64,000 bases of DNA, taken from NCBI GenBank assembly GCA_038214255.1, contig JBBQRZ010000008.1, positions 23,832 to 87,831 of the forward strand, in the 5' to 3' direction. Both the position numbers and the translations under genes were made by a program. The notes below the pieces were generated by a model. That model was not told where the DNA came from and made no database searches. It was given only the letters and a program-made list of their open reading frames with translations. Source of the stretch: Candidatus Limnocylindrales bacterium (lineage in GTDB: Bacteria > Chloroflexota > Limnocylindria > Limnocylindrales > CSP1-4). Shown piece after piece: positions 1-10,208 of the stretch. Numbering within the stretch: position 1 is the stretch's first letter; the number at the start of each line of letters is the position of its first letter.

Positions 1-1943
1 ATGTCCGGACCAGGGTGACGACGGCGCTCGTGGCCATGGCCGAGTCGATCGAACGCCTCGGCGGCACGCGCGAGAAGTTCATCGGCGATGCCGTCTTTGC
101 CGTCTTCGGCTGGCCCGAGGCCCACGATGACGACGCGGTTCGGGCAGCGCTCGCGGCGTTGAGCATCCGGGCCAGCCTGCTCGAGCCGCGCGACGGCGCC
201 GAGCCGCTCGAGGTCCGGATCGGGATCGCCACGGGCGAGGTCGTGACCGCCGATCGGGCACCCTCGGGAAACGGCGATCTGGGCCTCACGGGCGAAGCGA
301 TCACGACGGCGGCCCGGATCCAGGCGCTGGCCCGGCCGGGGGAGATCCTCGTCGACGGCCGGACTCGGGATGCCGCGCGCGGTCGGCTCGCGCTCGACGG
401 ACGCGGCGCTGTGGTGTTGCGCGGCCAATCGACCCCGGTGGAGTTGCACGCGCTGCTCGGCGAAGCGGGCCTGAGCGCCTGGACCTCGCATCGGGCCGTC
501 CCACCCGGCCCGCTTGTGGGGCGCGATCGCGAGCGGTCGATCCTCGTCGAGGCGCTCCAGCGCTGCCTTCGGACCGGGCATGGCGAGACCGTCCTGGTCG
601 TCGGCGAGGCCGGCGAGGGAAAGTCGCGCCTCTTGGCGGCGCTCGAGTCGACGGCCCGGCGCCTCGGCTTTGCCTGGGCCTGGACCGAGAACGTGTCCTA
701 CGCTCGCGGCGAGCCGTATCGCTGGGCGCGCCTCTTTGCGCAGACAGCCGCCGACGAGCACCACGTCGACTCGGGCACCTTCATCCGCCAGCTACTGTTC
801 AGCGACGACCTCGATCCGGCGACTGCCCAGCGGTACGGTGGGGCGATCGCGGCCATCGCGCGCGACGCGGCCTTCTCGGGCTGGGAGGCGGAGGCCGCGT
901 TCATGCCCGGCGATCCCGCCGAGGTGGCGAGCACCCTCTTCGAGCTCGCCTACCAGTACCTCGAGCGGCTGTTGTCCACGACCGGCCCGCGGGTCGTCGT
1001 CATCGACGACCTGCACTGGCTCGATCCGTCGAGCATTGCGATCGTGGAGCTCCTGGTCGACGCCACCGAGCGCTATCCGCTGGTGGTCCTCGCCGGCAGC
1101 CGGCCGGGACCGCTCCCGGTCTGGGCGGATCGTTCGAGCGTCCAGCGCCTCGAGCTGCACGGCCTGTCCGAACCGGAGACCGCTCGACTCGCGACCCTCG
1201 TGGCGCGGGCAGCGCTCGATGCCGAGGGGGCCCGGAGCATCCACGAACGGACCGCAGGGAACCCGCTGTTCATCACCGAGACCGTCCGCGCATTCCTCGA
1301 GGACGGCACGCTGACCTGGCGTGACGGGCGGGTTGCGATGGCCACCGACGCCGCGCCGACCGTCCCGGTCACCCTGCGGGCCGTCCTGGGCGCCCGCATC
1401 GATGCGCTCGACGCAGCCGGTCGCGAAACGCTCCGGGTAGCCTCCGTCATCGGTATCTCGTTCCGGGAGGGGCCGCTGTCCGACCTGCTCGGGACGTCGC
1501 CGGCACCGGGCGCGCTGCAGCGGCTGGCCGGAGCGGCGCTCATCAGCCCGACCGGCTACGGTGCCTGGCGCTTCGCGCACCCGCTCATCCGCGACGCAGC
1601 CTACAGCGGGATCCTGGCCAGCCGCCGGCGCGTGCTGCACGCGCGGATGGCGGACCACCTCGAGGCGCAGACCGCGGTGGCTGTTCCCCTGGGCCAGATC
1701 GCGAGGCACCGCGCCGCAGCCGGCGACCCCGCCCGCGCGCTGCCGCTCCTGCGCGAGGCCGCCGTCTATGCGATGGGCATGGGCGCCGCCGCCGAAGCCG
1801 CCGCGTTCTGGCGCGAGGCGGCCGAGCTGAGCGCGCCCGGCGACCCGGAGGCGTCCGCCCTGGACCAGGGACGGGCGGACGAGGCGATGGCCGCGGCGAG
1901 TGCGCTCCGAGAGGCGGCTGCGGTCGAACCGAGCCAGGCCTAG
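1..1943 (+). CDS. Class III adenylate/guanylate cyclase catalytic domain fused to an AAA+ ATPase (P-loop VLVVGEAGEGKS) and a TPR-like regulator domain; the 5' end lies upstream of the window
   Basis: ORF 15..1943 stays open to the window edge. Cyclase-like motifs (FIGDAVFAVFG, RIGIATGEV) are followed by a Walker A motif and a helical repeat tail. Confidence 0.7.
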   Translation, partial: VRTRVTTALVAMAESIERLGGTREKFIGDAVFAVFGWPEAHDDDAVRAALAALSIRASLLEPRDGAEPLEVRIGIATGEVVTADRAPSGNGDLGLTGEAITTAARIQALARPGEILVDGRTRDAARGRLALDGRGAVVLRGQSTPVELHALLGEAGLSAWTSHRAVPPGPLVGRDRERSILVEALQRCLRTGHGETVLVVGEAGEGKSRLLAALESTARRLGFAWAWTENVSYARGEPYRWARLFAQTAADEHHVDSGTFIRQLLFSDDLDPATAQRYGGAIAAIARDAAFSGWEAEAAFMPGDPAEVASTLFELAYQYLERLLSTTGPRVVVIDDLHWLDPSSIAIVELLVDATERYPLVVLAGSRPGPLPVWADRSSVQRLELHGLSEPETARLATLVARAALDAEGARSIHERTAGNPLFITETVRAFLEDGTLTWRDGRVAMATDAAPTVPVTLRAVLGARIDALDAAGRETLRVASVIGISFREGPLSDLLGTSPAPGALQRLAGAALISPTGYGAWRFAHPLIRDAAYSGILASRRRVLHARMADHLEAQTAVAVPLGQIARHRAAAGDPARALPLLREAAVYAMGMGAAAEAAAFWREAAELSAPGDPEASALDQGRADEAMAAASALREAAAVEPSQA

Positions 1944-2762
1944 ATCGCGGCCATCGGGTTCGGGTTTTCGGCCCGCCGACGGGCCGGGCTGACGGTCACG
2001 GTCAGGCCGTCGATCGCCGGGCGGACCCACGCCGCGGCGGCGCACAGGGACTCGAGCTCCGCCCGTCGGGCCGGCCCGTAGTGGACGAGGAGCGCGGCGC
2101 GAGCCTCGGCGTGCCGGGCCAGTTCGATCGCCTCCTCGGCGGTCAGATGGCCCCGCTCGGGGTCGTCGTGGGCCTCCTCCCGCAGCGCCGCCTCGACGAG
2201 CAGCAGGTCGGCACCGCGCAGCGCGTCCTCGACCGCAGCGGACGGGCCCGTGTCGCCGGTGTAGGCGAGGCGAGCCCCGTCGGGGGCCTCGATGGCCACG
2301 CCCCAGGCCGGCACGTAATGGCGACCCCGCACGAACCGAACCCGCAGGTCGCCGATCCTGAGCTCCGACGCCGGGTCGTATTCGACCGCATCGAACGCCG
2401 CGTCGAAGAAACCGGCGCGCTCCGAGACGGCTGTCGCGAGGGCATCGAAGCGGGGGCGGCCGCCGGGCGGCAGGTGGATCGGGAGGGGGTGCTCGGCCGG
2501 CTCGCCCCAGGGGTAGAGGTAGCGCAGGCCGACGATGTCGAGATAGTGGTCGGCGTGCATGTGGCCGACGATGATCGCGGTCAGCTCGTGCGGATCGAGG
2601 ACGCGCTGGAGGTTGCGGATCACGCCCTGGCCGACGTCAAGGAGGAGGGCCGTTCGCCCCCATTCCACGAGATACCCTGCGGCGGGCGTCGCCGGATGGG
2701 GGGCAGCCGTGCTGCACCCGAGCACGGTGAGGCGCAGGCGCTCCCCGAGGGTCTCGCTCATC
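1940..2762 (-). CDS. MBL-fold metallo-hydrolase (RNase Z or class II phosphodiesterase-like)
   Basis: HxHxDH motif (GHMHADHYLD) in ORF 1940..2923. Start set at the internal MSETLGERL, where the conserved N-terminus begins. Confidence 0.7.
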
Positions 2763-2850
2763 CCGGGAATGCTAGGGCTTCGCCGGCCGTGGCACAGCGG
2801 CGCGCCGACCGGCCTCGTGTCGGCCCGCAGACAGACGGTACGATGCCCAC

Positions 2851-3549
2851 ATGCTCGTTGGACGGCCCATCCTCGAGTCCCTGGCCGCGATCCCGTTCTT
2901 CGCGGGACTCGATCCGGCCGCACTCGAGCGGCTCGCCGCGACGATGCGCGCGCGCCGTTTCCGGCGTGGCGAGGTGATCTTCCACTTGGGCGACCCCGGT
3001 GACGCCCTGTTCGTCATCGTCAGCGGCGATGTCAAGATCTCGCTGCCGTCCGAGACGGGCGACGAGGCCATCCTGGCGACCCTCCAGTCGGGCGCGGTGT
3101 TCGGGGAACTGGCGCTCCTCGACGGCGCGCCGCGCTCCGCGACCGCGTCGGCGCTGAGCCCGACCGAGACGATCGTCCTGCCCCGCGATCGGTTCCGCGA
3201 GCTCATCGCGACCGAGGCACACGTCCGGGACGCCTTGCTCGCCTCGATCGCCGGGGAGCTCCGACGCCTGACCACGCACGTCGAGGAGCTGCATTTCCTC
3301 GACATCACCGGTCGTCTCGCGGCCCGTCTGGTCCGGCTCGCCAACGAAGGCGGAGCGTCGACCGCTGACGGCGGGATCCGATTGCGCTCGACCCTGACCC
3401 AGGCCGACCTCGCGGCGATGGTCGGCTGCACGCGCCAGAGCGTGAACAAGCTGCTCGGACAGTTCACGGACGAAGGACTGCTCCGCCTCGAGCGTGACGG
3501 CATCGTCGTGACCGACCTCGCCGGGCTCGTCGCGGCGTCGCGGCGCTAA
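2851..3549 (+). CDS. Crp/Fnr family transcriptional regulator
   Basis: cNMP-binding domain (FGELALLDGAPRSATA) plus a C-terminal HTH (TQADLAAMVGCTRQSVNKLL). Confidence 0.85.
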   Translation: MLVGRPILESLAAIPFFAGLDPAALERLAATMRARRFRRGEVIFHLGDPGDALFVIVSGDVKISLPSETGDEAILATLQSGAVFGELALLDGAPRSATASALSPTETIVLPRDRFRELIATEAHVRDALLASIAGELRRLTTHVEELHFLDITGRLAARLVRLANEGGASTADGGIRLRSTLTQADLAAMVGCTRQSVNKLLGQFTDEGLLRLERDGIVVTDLAGLVAASRR

Positions 3550-3561
3550 GGCGTCGCTGGG

Positions 3562-4833
3562 CTAGGACGCCGCTCGGGCGGTCCCGCCATCAGGGTCCGG
3601 GCCGCCGGGTCCGGCGTCTCGGAGTGTCGTCAGGAGCACGCTCGCGCCCACGAGCGCCGCCCGGGTCCGACCCTGGCGGCCGCCGAGGAACGCCATGCGG
3701 CGTTCGAGGTGCTCGCCCGACGGCGTCACGACCGCGACGGACACCGCCGTATCGCCCTTGCGCTCCCGGGTCCGCACGGCGAGCCCGACCTCGCAATCGC
3801 CGATCTCCGCGCCGCGCCGGGCATACGAAAGCAGGTCGCGGGCCGTCGTGCCGTGGGCTCGCGCCGGCGGGGCATCGGGCGCGATCGATTCACCGAAGGC
3901 CAGCCAGTCGACATCGCCAAGGAGCGCCGAAAGCTGACCGCCTGTCCCGATCTCGACGATCGCCAGCCGCCAGCCGAGCTCCTCGAGGCGATGGCCGATC
4001 GCCTCGGACCACGTGGTCTGGCCGGCCGCCCAGATGTGCTCGGCGAGACGGTCCTCGACGACCGTTCCGGCGCCCTCGACCAGCTCGGCGGCAGCAATCG
4101 CGGCCGATCCGTCCTCGCCGGGTCGTCCGACCGCCGACACGCGGACGTCGACGGCGTCGCTCCGCGCATACGTCGCGACCTGCGGATTGTTCCGTCGCAG
4201 CAGCTCGTCACCGAGGATGTCGGCGACCTGCGATTCGCCGATGCCCATGAGGCGGTAGGTGCGGACGGCCACGTCGGCTCCCATCCCGCGAGCGCGGAGC
4301 CGGGGCAGGGCCTCCCCGTGCCACATCGGCCGCATCTCGCGCGGAGGACCGGGCAGCGCGACGACGATCCGGCCGTCGGGCCGTGACACGAACCAGCCCG
4401 GGGCCGTGCCGTTGGGATTGGGCAGGGCACGCGCCGATGGGATCAGCCATGCCTGCTTGAGGTTGAGCTCCGGGAAGGGCATCTCGCGCCGCGCCCACAA
4501 CTCACGTAGCCATGCCTCGAGCGCGGCGTCGACGATCGTGGTCTCGCCGACGACCGAAGCGATCGATTCCCGAGTGAGGTCGTCGGGTGTCGGCCCCAGG
4601 CCACCGGTCGAGACGACGAGGTCCGATCGCCCCAAACCATCGCGGAAGGCCGCCGTCACGACGTCGAGCCGGTCGGGGAGTGCCGTGATCCGCGTCACGG
4701 TGACGCCGGCTTCGGTCAGCGAGCGCGCGAGCTCGCCGGCATTGGTGTCCTGGGTCTCCCCGACGGTCAGCTCCGAGCCGATGCTCAGGAGCTCCGCCGT
4801 CAGGAGATGATGCTCGGCCGAGGGCTGGTCCAT
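3562..4833 (-). CDS. cinA: Competence/damage-inducible protein CinA (MocF-like N domain plus CinA C domain)
   Basis: LLSIGSELTVGETQDTNAGELAR and STGGLGPTPDDLT motifs. Start set at MDQPS within ORF 3562..4878. Confidence 0.8.
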   Translation of the reverse strand: MDQPSAEHHLLTAELLSIGSELTVGETQDTNAGELARSLTEAGVTVTRITALPDRLDVVTAAFRDGLGRSDLVVSTGGLGPTPDDLTRESIASVVGETTIVDAALEAWLRELWARREMPFPELNLKQAWLIPSARALPNPNGTAPGWFVSRPDGRIVVALPGPPREMRPMWHGEALPRLRARGMGADVAVRTYRLMGIGESQVADILGDELLRRNNPQVATYARSDAVDVRVSAVGRPGEDGSAAIAAAELVEGAGTVVEDRLAEHIWAAGQTTWSEAIGHRLEELGWRLAIVEIGTGGQLSALLGDVDWLAFGESIAPDAPPARAHGTTARDLLSYARRGAEIGDCEVGLAVRTRERKGDTAVSVAVVTPSGEHLERRMAFLGGRQGRTRAALVGASVLLTTLRDAGPGGPDPDGGTARAAS

Positions 4834-4857
4834 AGCCGCCAGCGTAATGGTCCTGCC

Positions 4858-5802
4858 ATGCCCCGGCGGCCGGCGCACGTTGGAGCGCTACCCGGTCGCT
4901 GCTATCATCCCGGGGCCCACCCCGCAGCCCCGGGCCCACGCCCGCACCCCGAGCGGAGGACGATCCTGGACGACCCGAACGCGCCGAGTCCGAAGTCGCA
5001 CGGCGGATCGCCGCCGGGCCTGCTTGCGCAGGTCAAGGCGACGATCGACGCGGGCAAGCGACTCGCGGCCGCCCACATCGAGCTCGCCAAGGCCGAGGCC
5101 GCGTCGATCGCCGGCGAGGTCGCCCGCGTGGCGGCCCTGGCCGGGATCGCGATCGTCGTGATCATCTTCGCGGCGCTGCTGCTCACGATCGGTACGGCGC
5201 TGTTCCTCGGGGAGTGGCTGCTCGGGTCGATGGGCTGGGGCATCCTCCACGGACTGCTGTTCGCGCTCGCCGTGTCGACGGCCTGCGTCATCGCCGCATT
5301 CGGGACGCCGGCGCGCCGGATCGGGGCGGCGTTCGCCGCCGGCGTCGCCATGGCGATCCTGTTCGGCCTGATCTTCGGTCTCGACCTTCCCAACCGCGCC
5401 TATGCGGCGATCGGCGACCAGGCGGCAACCGGCATCGAGCCCGGCGTGCGCCCGCTTCTCGTCGGCGCGTGGATCATCGGCGTGGTCGGGCTCGCATTCG
5501 GGGTCGGCGTCGCCCTGCGGGTCGAGAGCGCCGGCTTGCGTCTGGCCGCGCTGCTTGGCCTGGCGATCCTCGGCGCGCTCGTCGGGGCGTTCAGCGCGAT
5601 CACGTTCGGGCCGCAGGTCGGTGCCGGGGTCGGCATCGTCATCGGCTACGTCACATGGATCGCCGTCATGGCGGTGGGTGCCGCGCGGCGAGGCGTGGAC
5701 ATCGAGGCACTGACGGCGCGGTTCTATCCAACCCAGACGATCGAGACCAGCAAGGAGACGCTCGAGTGGCTTCAGACACGAATGCCGCCCGGGATCGGGT
5801 GA
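4858..5802 (+). CDS. Integral membrane protein with Holin-X-like (phage holin family, PF07332-like) N-terminus and six predicted TM helices
   Basis: HIELAKAEAASIAGEVARVAALAGIAIVVIIFAALLL resembles Holin-X, and the TM triplet appears duplicated. The start codon is uncertain because the N-terminus is Pro-rich. Confidence 0.45.
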   Translation: MPRRPAHVGALPGRCYHPGAHPAAPGPRPHPERRTILDDPNAPSPKSHGGSPPGLLAQVKATIDAGKRLAAAHIELAKAEAASIAGEVARVAALAGIAIVVIIFAALLLTIGTALFLGEWLLGSMGWGILHGLLFALAVSTACVIAAFGTPARRIGAAFAAGVAMAILFGLIFGLDLPNRAYAAIGDQAATGIEPGVRPLLVGAWIIGVVGLAFGVGVALRVESAGLRLAALLGLAILGALVGAFSAITFGPQVGAGVGIVIGYVTWIAVMAVGAARRGVDIEALTARFYPTQTIETSKETLEWLQTRMPPGIG

Positions 5803-6350
5803 TCGCCGCCCGCGCCGACGTGGACGAGCAGCTGCGCCTGCTCCGAGCCTCCGGCCGGGCCGCGATCGACATCCCGGCGAAGGTGCGACGGAGCCCCGCC
5901 AAGGCCGCGGCGATCGCCGGAGGGATCGGGTTGATCGCCGCCAAGGCCCCACAGCGCGCCTTTGGCGCCGCCCGCCGGGCGGTACGCGGCGAGCAGAAGT
6001 CATGGCCCGAGCGACTGCTTCCCGACGAGATCGAGAAGACGCTCCGTCGGCTCGGGTCCGACGGCGAGAAGGTCCGCGGCGCGTTGGAACATGATTTCGC
6101 CGAGTACGCGAAGCGGTCGCAGAAGGATCGCCAGGCCGTGCCGAGGATGCTCCTGCTCGCCCTGGCCCGCCCGATGCTGTCGAGGGGGGCGAAAGCCGCG
6201 GCAGAATTCCTCATCAGCTCGAAGGACGAAGGGGTGACGACCCGGCTGGCGGACGTCCGCGAACGGGCCCGGACGCAGGTCGAGAAGCGGCACGGTGCCA
6301 CGACGAAACCCGCGCCCGACGGCGACACCGAGCCGCCCACCGGCATCTGA
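5799..6350 (+). CDS. Hypothetical protein, DUF3618-like partner of the holin-family protein
   Basis: Coding-like frame follows the stop of the membrane gene (tail of ORF 5214..6350). GTG start inferred at the stop overlap; codon usage is consistent. Confidence 0.35.
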   Translation: MIAARADVDEQLRLLRASGRAAIDIPAKVRRSPAKAAAIAGGIGLIAAKAPQRAFGAARRAVRGEQKSWPERLLPDEIEKTLRRLGSDGEKVRGALEHDFAEYAKRSQKDRQAVPRMLLLALARPMLSRGAKAAAEFLISSKDEGVTTRLADVRERARTQVEKRHGATTKPAPDGDTEPPTGI

Positions 6351-6376
6351 CCGCTCGCCGACCGGCGGGTCGGCGC

Positions 6377-6382
6377 TAGACT
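6377..6382 (+). promoter_or_regulatory. -10-like hexamer TAGACT (TAnnnT) 7 nt upstream of tRNA-Leu
   Basis: gcgcTAGACTctggccc sits directly before the tRNA 5' end. The same TGC-TAGACT motif recurs upstream of fhaA, the DUF4446 gene and the 45755 gene. Confidence 0.35.
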
Positions 6383-6389
6383 CTGGCCC

Positions 6390-6477
6390 GGGCGAGTGGC
6401 GGAATGGCAGACGCGCCGGCCTTAGGAGCCGGTGCCGCGCAAGCGGCGTGTCGGTTCGACTCCGACCTCGCCTACCA
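6390..6477 (+). tRNA. tRNA-Leu (anticodon TAG), type II with long variable arm; CCA encoded
   Basis: Acceptor stem GGGCGAG/CTCGCCT. Anticodon stem-loop CCGGC-CTTAGGA-GCCGG, T arm GTCGG-TTCGACT-CCGAC, discriminator A then CCA. Confidence 0.75.
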
Positions 6478-6517
6478 CGCCGCCCGTTCACGGGACCCGC
6501 CCTATACTGCCCGGGCG

Positions 6518-8065
6518 ATGCAGATCACCCGAACCCAGGCTCCCAAGTCCTCCATCCAGCTCGAGATCGAGCTTCCCCCGGATCGCCTCGACCGCGCCGT
6601 CGGCGACGCCGTCCGCCGCCTCTCGCAGCGCACGCGCGTTCCGGGATTCCGGCCGGGCAAGGCGCCGCGGCCCGTCCTGGAGCGGACCCTCGGCCCGGGC
6701 GTGGTCCTCGACGAGGCGGTCGAGCACCTGGTCCAGGACGCGTACCGAGAAGCCCTCGTCAGCGAGGTGATCCTGCCGCTCGCCAATGCCGACGTCGAGA
6801 TCGTCCAGGCCGAGGAGGGCAAGCCGCTCGTCTTCAAGGCGACGGTGCCGGTCCGTCCCGAGGTCGAGCTCGGCGACGTCAAGCACTTCAACTTCGGGCC
6901 CGACATCGACGCCATCGACGACGCCCGGGTCGACCAGGTCATCGAGGAGCTGCGCGATCAGAACGCGACGCTCGGCGCCGTCGAGGACCGGGGCGCCCAG
7001 GATGGCGACTATGCCGTGATCTCGTTCGTCGGCACCAAGGATGGGGAGCCCTTCGAGGGCGGCTCCTCGGACCGGATGCCGCTCATCCTCGGCCAGGAGC
7101 GCCTGATCCCGGGCTTCGAGGCCAACCTGCTCGGGCTCAAGCCCGGCGAGTCCGCCGAATTCGATATCACGTTCCCCGACGACTACGCCGAAGCCTCGCT
7201 CGCCGGCCAGACTGCGCATTTCAAGGTCGACCTCAAGGAGCTGCGCGAGAAGATCCAACCCGAGCTCGACAACGACTTCCTCACCACGCTCGGTGACTTC
7301 GAATCGCTCGACGCGTTGCGAACCGACGTGCGGCAGCGACTCGAGGCCAATGCGCTCGACCGCGCCCGTCACGACTTCGCCGACAAGATCATCGAGTACG
7401 CCGTGGCGAACGCGACGGTCGAGCTCCCCGATGTCCTCGTCGACCAGGAGGTCGAGGTGATGCACGACGAGTTCCGCGCGTCACTCGGCCGGCAGGGGAT
7501 CAGCGAGGAGGCGTATCTCAAGGCGGTCGAGAAGACCGGCGACGACCTCCACGGCGACTTCCGACCCAACGCGGAACGTCGGGTCAAGACGCTCCTGGTG
7601 CTCTCGAAGGTCGCCGAGGTCGAAGGAACCGAGGTCTTCGACGCCGAGGTCGACGCGGAGGTGGCGCGTGGCCGCGAGCGCTACGCGGACGACCCCCGTA
7701 CGACCGGCTACTTCGACTCGGAGCGCGGGCGGTCGTTCATCCGCAGCACGCTCCGCCGGAGCCGCGCCGTCGAGGCGATCATCGACGATTGGCTGGCGAC
7801 GCATCCCGAGCATCCGCCCCTGCCGCACCTCGAAGACGGGCCCGCCTCCGCGGTCGAGGGTGGTCAGGCCGAGGCCAACGGTTCGATCGGCGCGACCGAT
7901 CCGGGCTCGGTCATGGCCGGCGGCCGGCACGATCCTGACCATCCAGACCACGTCCATCCCGATCAAGACCGTCCGGACGCCGGAGCGGCGAGCACCGCCT
8001 CCACGGCGTCCGACGAGTCCGCCGAGTCCGCCGAGGCCGTCGACGAGCCGGCGGCGGCTGGCTGA
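6518..8065 (+). CDS. tig: Trigger factor with a roughly 80-aa acidic, His/Asp/Pro-rich C-terminal extension
   Basis: [20 protein letters not shown]...GFRPGKAP is a canonical trigger factor N-terminus. Start chosen as the internal ATG of ORF 6404..8065. Confidence 0.9.
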   Translation: MQITRTQAPKSSIQLEIELPPDRLDRAVGDAVRRLSQRTRVPGFRPGKAPRPVLERTLGPGVVLDEAVEHLVQDAYREALVSEVILPLANADVEIVQAEEGKPLVFKATVPVRPEVELGDVKHFNFGPDIDAIDDARVDQVIEELRDQNATLGAVEDRGAQDGDYAVISFVGTKDGEPFEGGSSDRMPLILGQERLIPGFEANLLGLKPGESAEFDITFPDDYAEASLAGQTAHFKVDLKELREKIQPELDNDFLTTLGDFESLDALRTDVRQRLEANALDRARHDFADKIIEYAVANATVELPDVLVDQEVEVMHDEFRASLGRQGISEEAYLKAVEKTGDDLHGDFRPNAERRVKTLLVLSKVAEVEGTEVFDAEVDAEVARGRERYADDPRTTGYFDSERGRSFIRSTLRRSRAVEAIIDDWLATHPEHPPLPHLEDGPASAVEGGQAEANGSIGATDPGSVMAGGRHDPDHPDHVHPDQDRPDAGAASTASTASDESAESAEAVDEPAAAG

Positions 8066-8121
8066 GCCCGTCCGGCGACCACGACACCGACCTGCCACCG
8101 AACACCCCAGGGAGATCCCGC

Positions 8122-8823
8122 ATGCTCGTTCCGATGGTCATCGAATCCTCCAGCCGGGGGGAGCGCGCCTATGACATCTACTCGCGGCTGCTGCGCGAGC
8201 GGATCATCTTCCTGGGCGACGCCATCGAGGACCACCTCGCCAACCTCGTCATCGCCCAGCTACTGTTCCTCGACTCCGAGGATCCGGAGAAGGACATCAG
8301 CCTCTACATCAACTCGCCCGGTGGCGTGGTGAACGCCGGTCTCGCCATCTACGACACGATGCAGTACCTGCGAGCCCCCGTGAGCACGATCTGCATCGGC
8401 ATGGCGGCGTCCATGGCCGCGGTCTTGCTGGCTGCCGGTCGAAAGGGCAAGCGCTACGCGCTGCCGAATGCCCGGATCATGATCCACCAGGGCTCCGGCG
8501 GATTCCGCGGCAACGCCCCCGATGCGATGATCCAGATGAAGGAGTGGGAATTCCTGGTGCAGCGCAACAACGAGATCCTTGCCCGCCACACGGGCCAGCC
8601 CCTCGAGAAGGTCGCCAAGGACACCGACCGCGACCTCTTCATGTCACCCGAGGCGGCCAAGGACTATGGCATCATCGACGCGGTCTACTCGGAGCAGTGG
8701 GATTCACTGACCGCGCAGCACCACGACGAGAAGGCGGCCGAAGTGGCCACCGGGACCGGCGACACATCAGAGGCGACACCGATCAAGGAAGTTTCGGAGC
8801 CGAAGCGCTCCAAGGGCGAGTAG
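8122..8823 (+). CDS. clpP: ATP-dependent Clp protease proteolytic subunit
   Basis: [35 protein letters not shown] and IMIHQGSGG active-site context. AGGGAG ribosome-binding site upstream. Confidence 0.9.
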   Translation: MLVPMVIESSSRGERAYDIYSRLLRERIIFLGDAIEDHLANLVIAQLLFLDSEDPEKDISLYINSPGGVVNAGLAIYDTMQYLRAPVSTICIGMAASMAAVLLAAGRKGKRYALPNARIMIHQGSGGFRGNAPDAMIQMKEWEFLVQRNNEILARHTGQPLEKVAKDTDRDLFMSPEAAKDYGIIDAVYSEQWDSLTAQHHDEKAAEVATGTGDTSEATPIKEVSEPKRSKGE

Positions 8824-8845
8824 GAACGGGACGAGAGACGGGCAC

Positions 8846-10156
<1,311 letters not shown>

Positions 10157-10208
10157 GGCTCCCGCGGCGCGCCCGGCGGACGGCGCCTCCGGCGCCAGCC
10201 GAACGAAC

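Noticed and set aside
792-2045. Many long antisense or alternative-frame ORFs in the track, for example 792..2045 (-), 10221..11912 (-), 10754..12619 (+), 17802..19310 (-), 21808..22611 (-), 42402..43613 (-), 43995..45764 (-), 55104..56060 (-), 55853..57220 (+), 61167..62054 (+)
   Set aside because: They lie opposite or out of frame with strongly conserved genes (valS, glucosidase, helicase and others). They are dominated by Arg/Pro/Gly/Ala low-complexity translation, as expected from GC-rich third-position bias, and have no recognisable domains.
6351-6517. Integrated element next to tRNA-Leu
   Set aside because: No integrase, direct repeat of the tRNA 3' end, or compositional shift is present. 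The flanking genes are core (tig, clpP, clpX).
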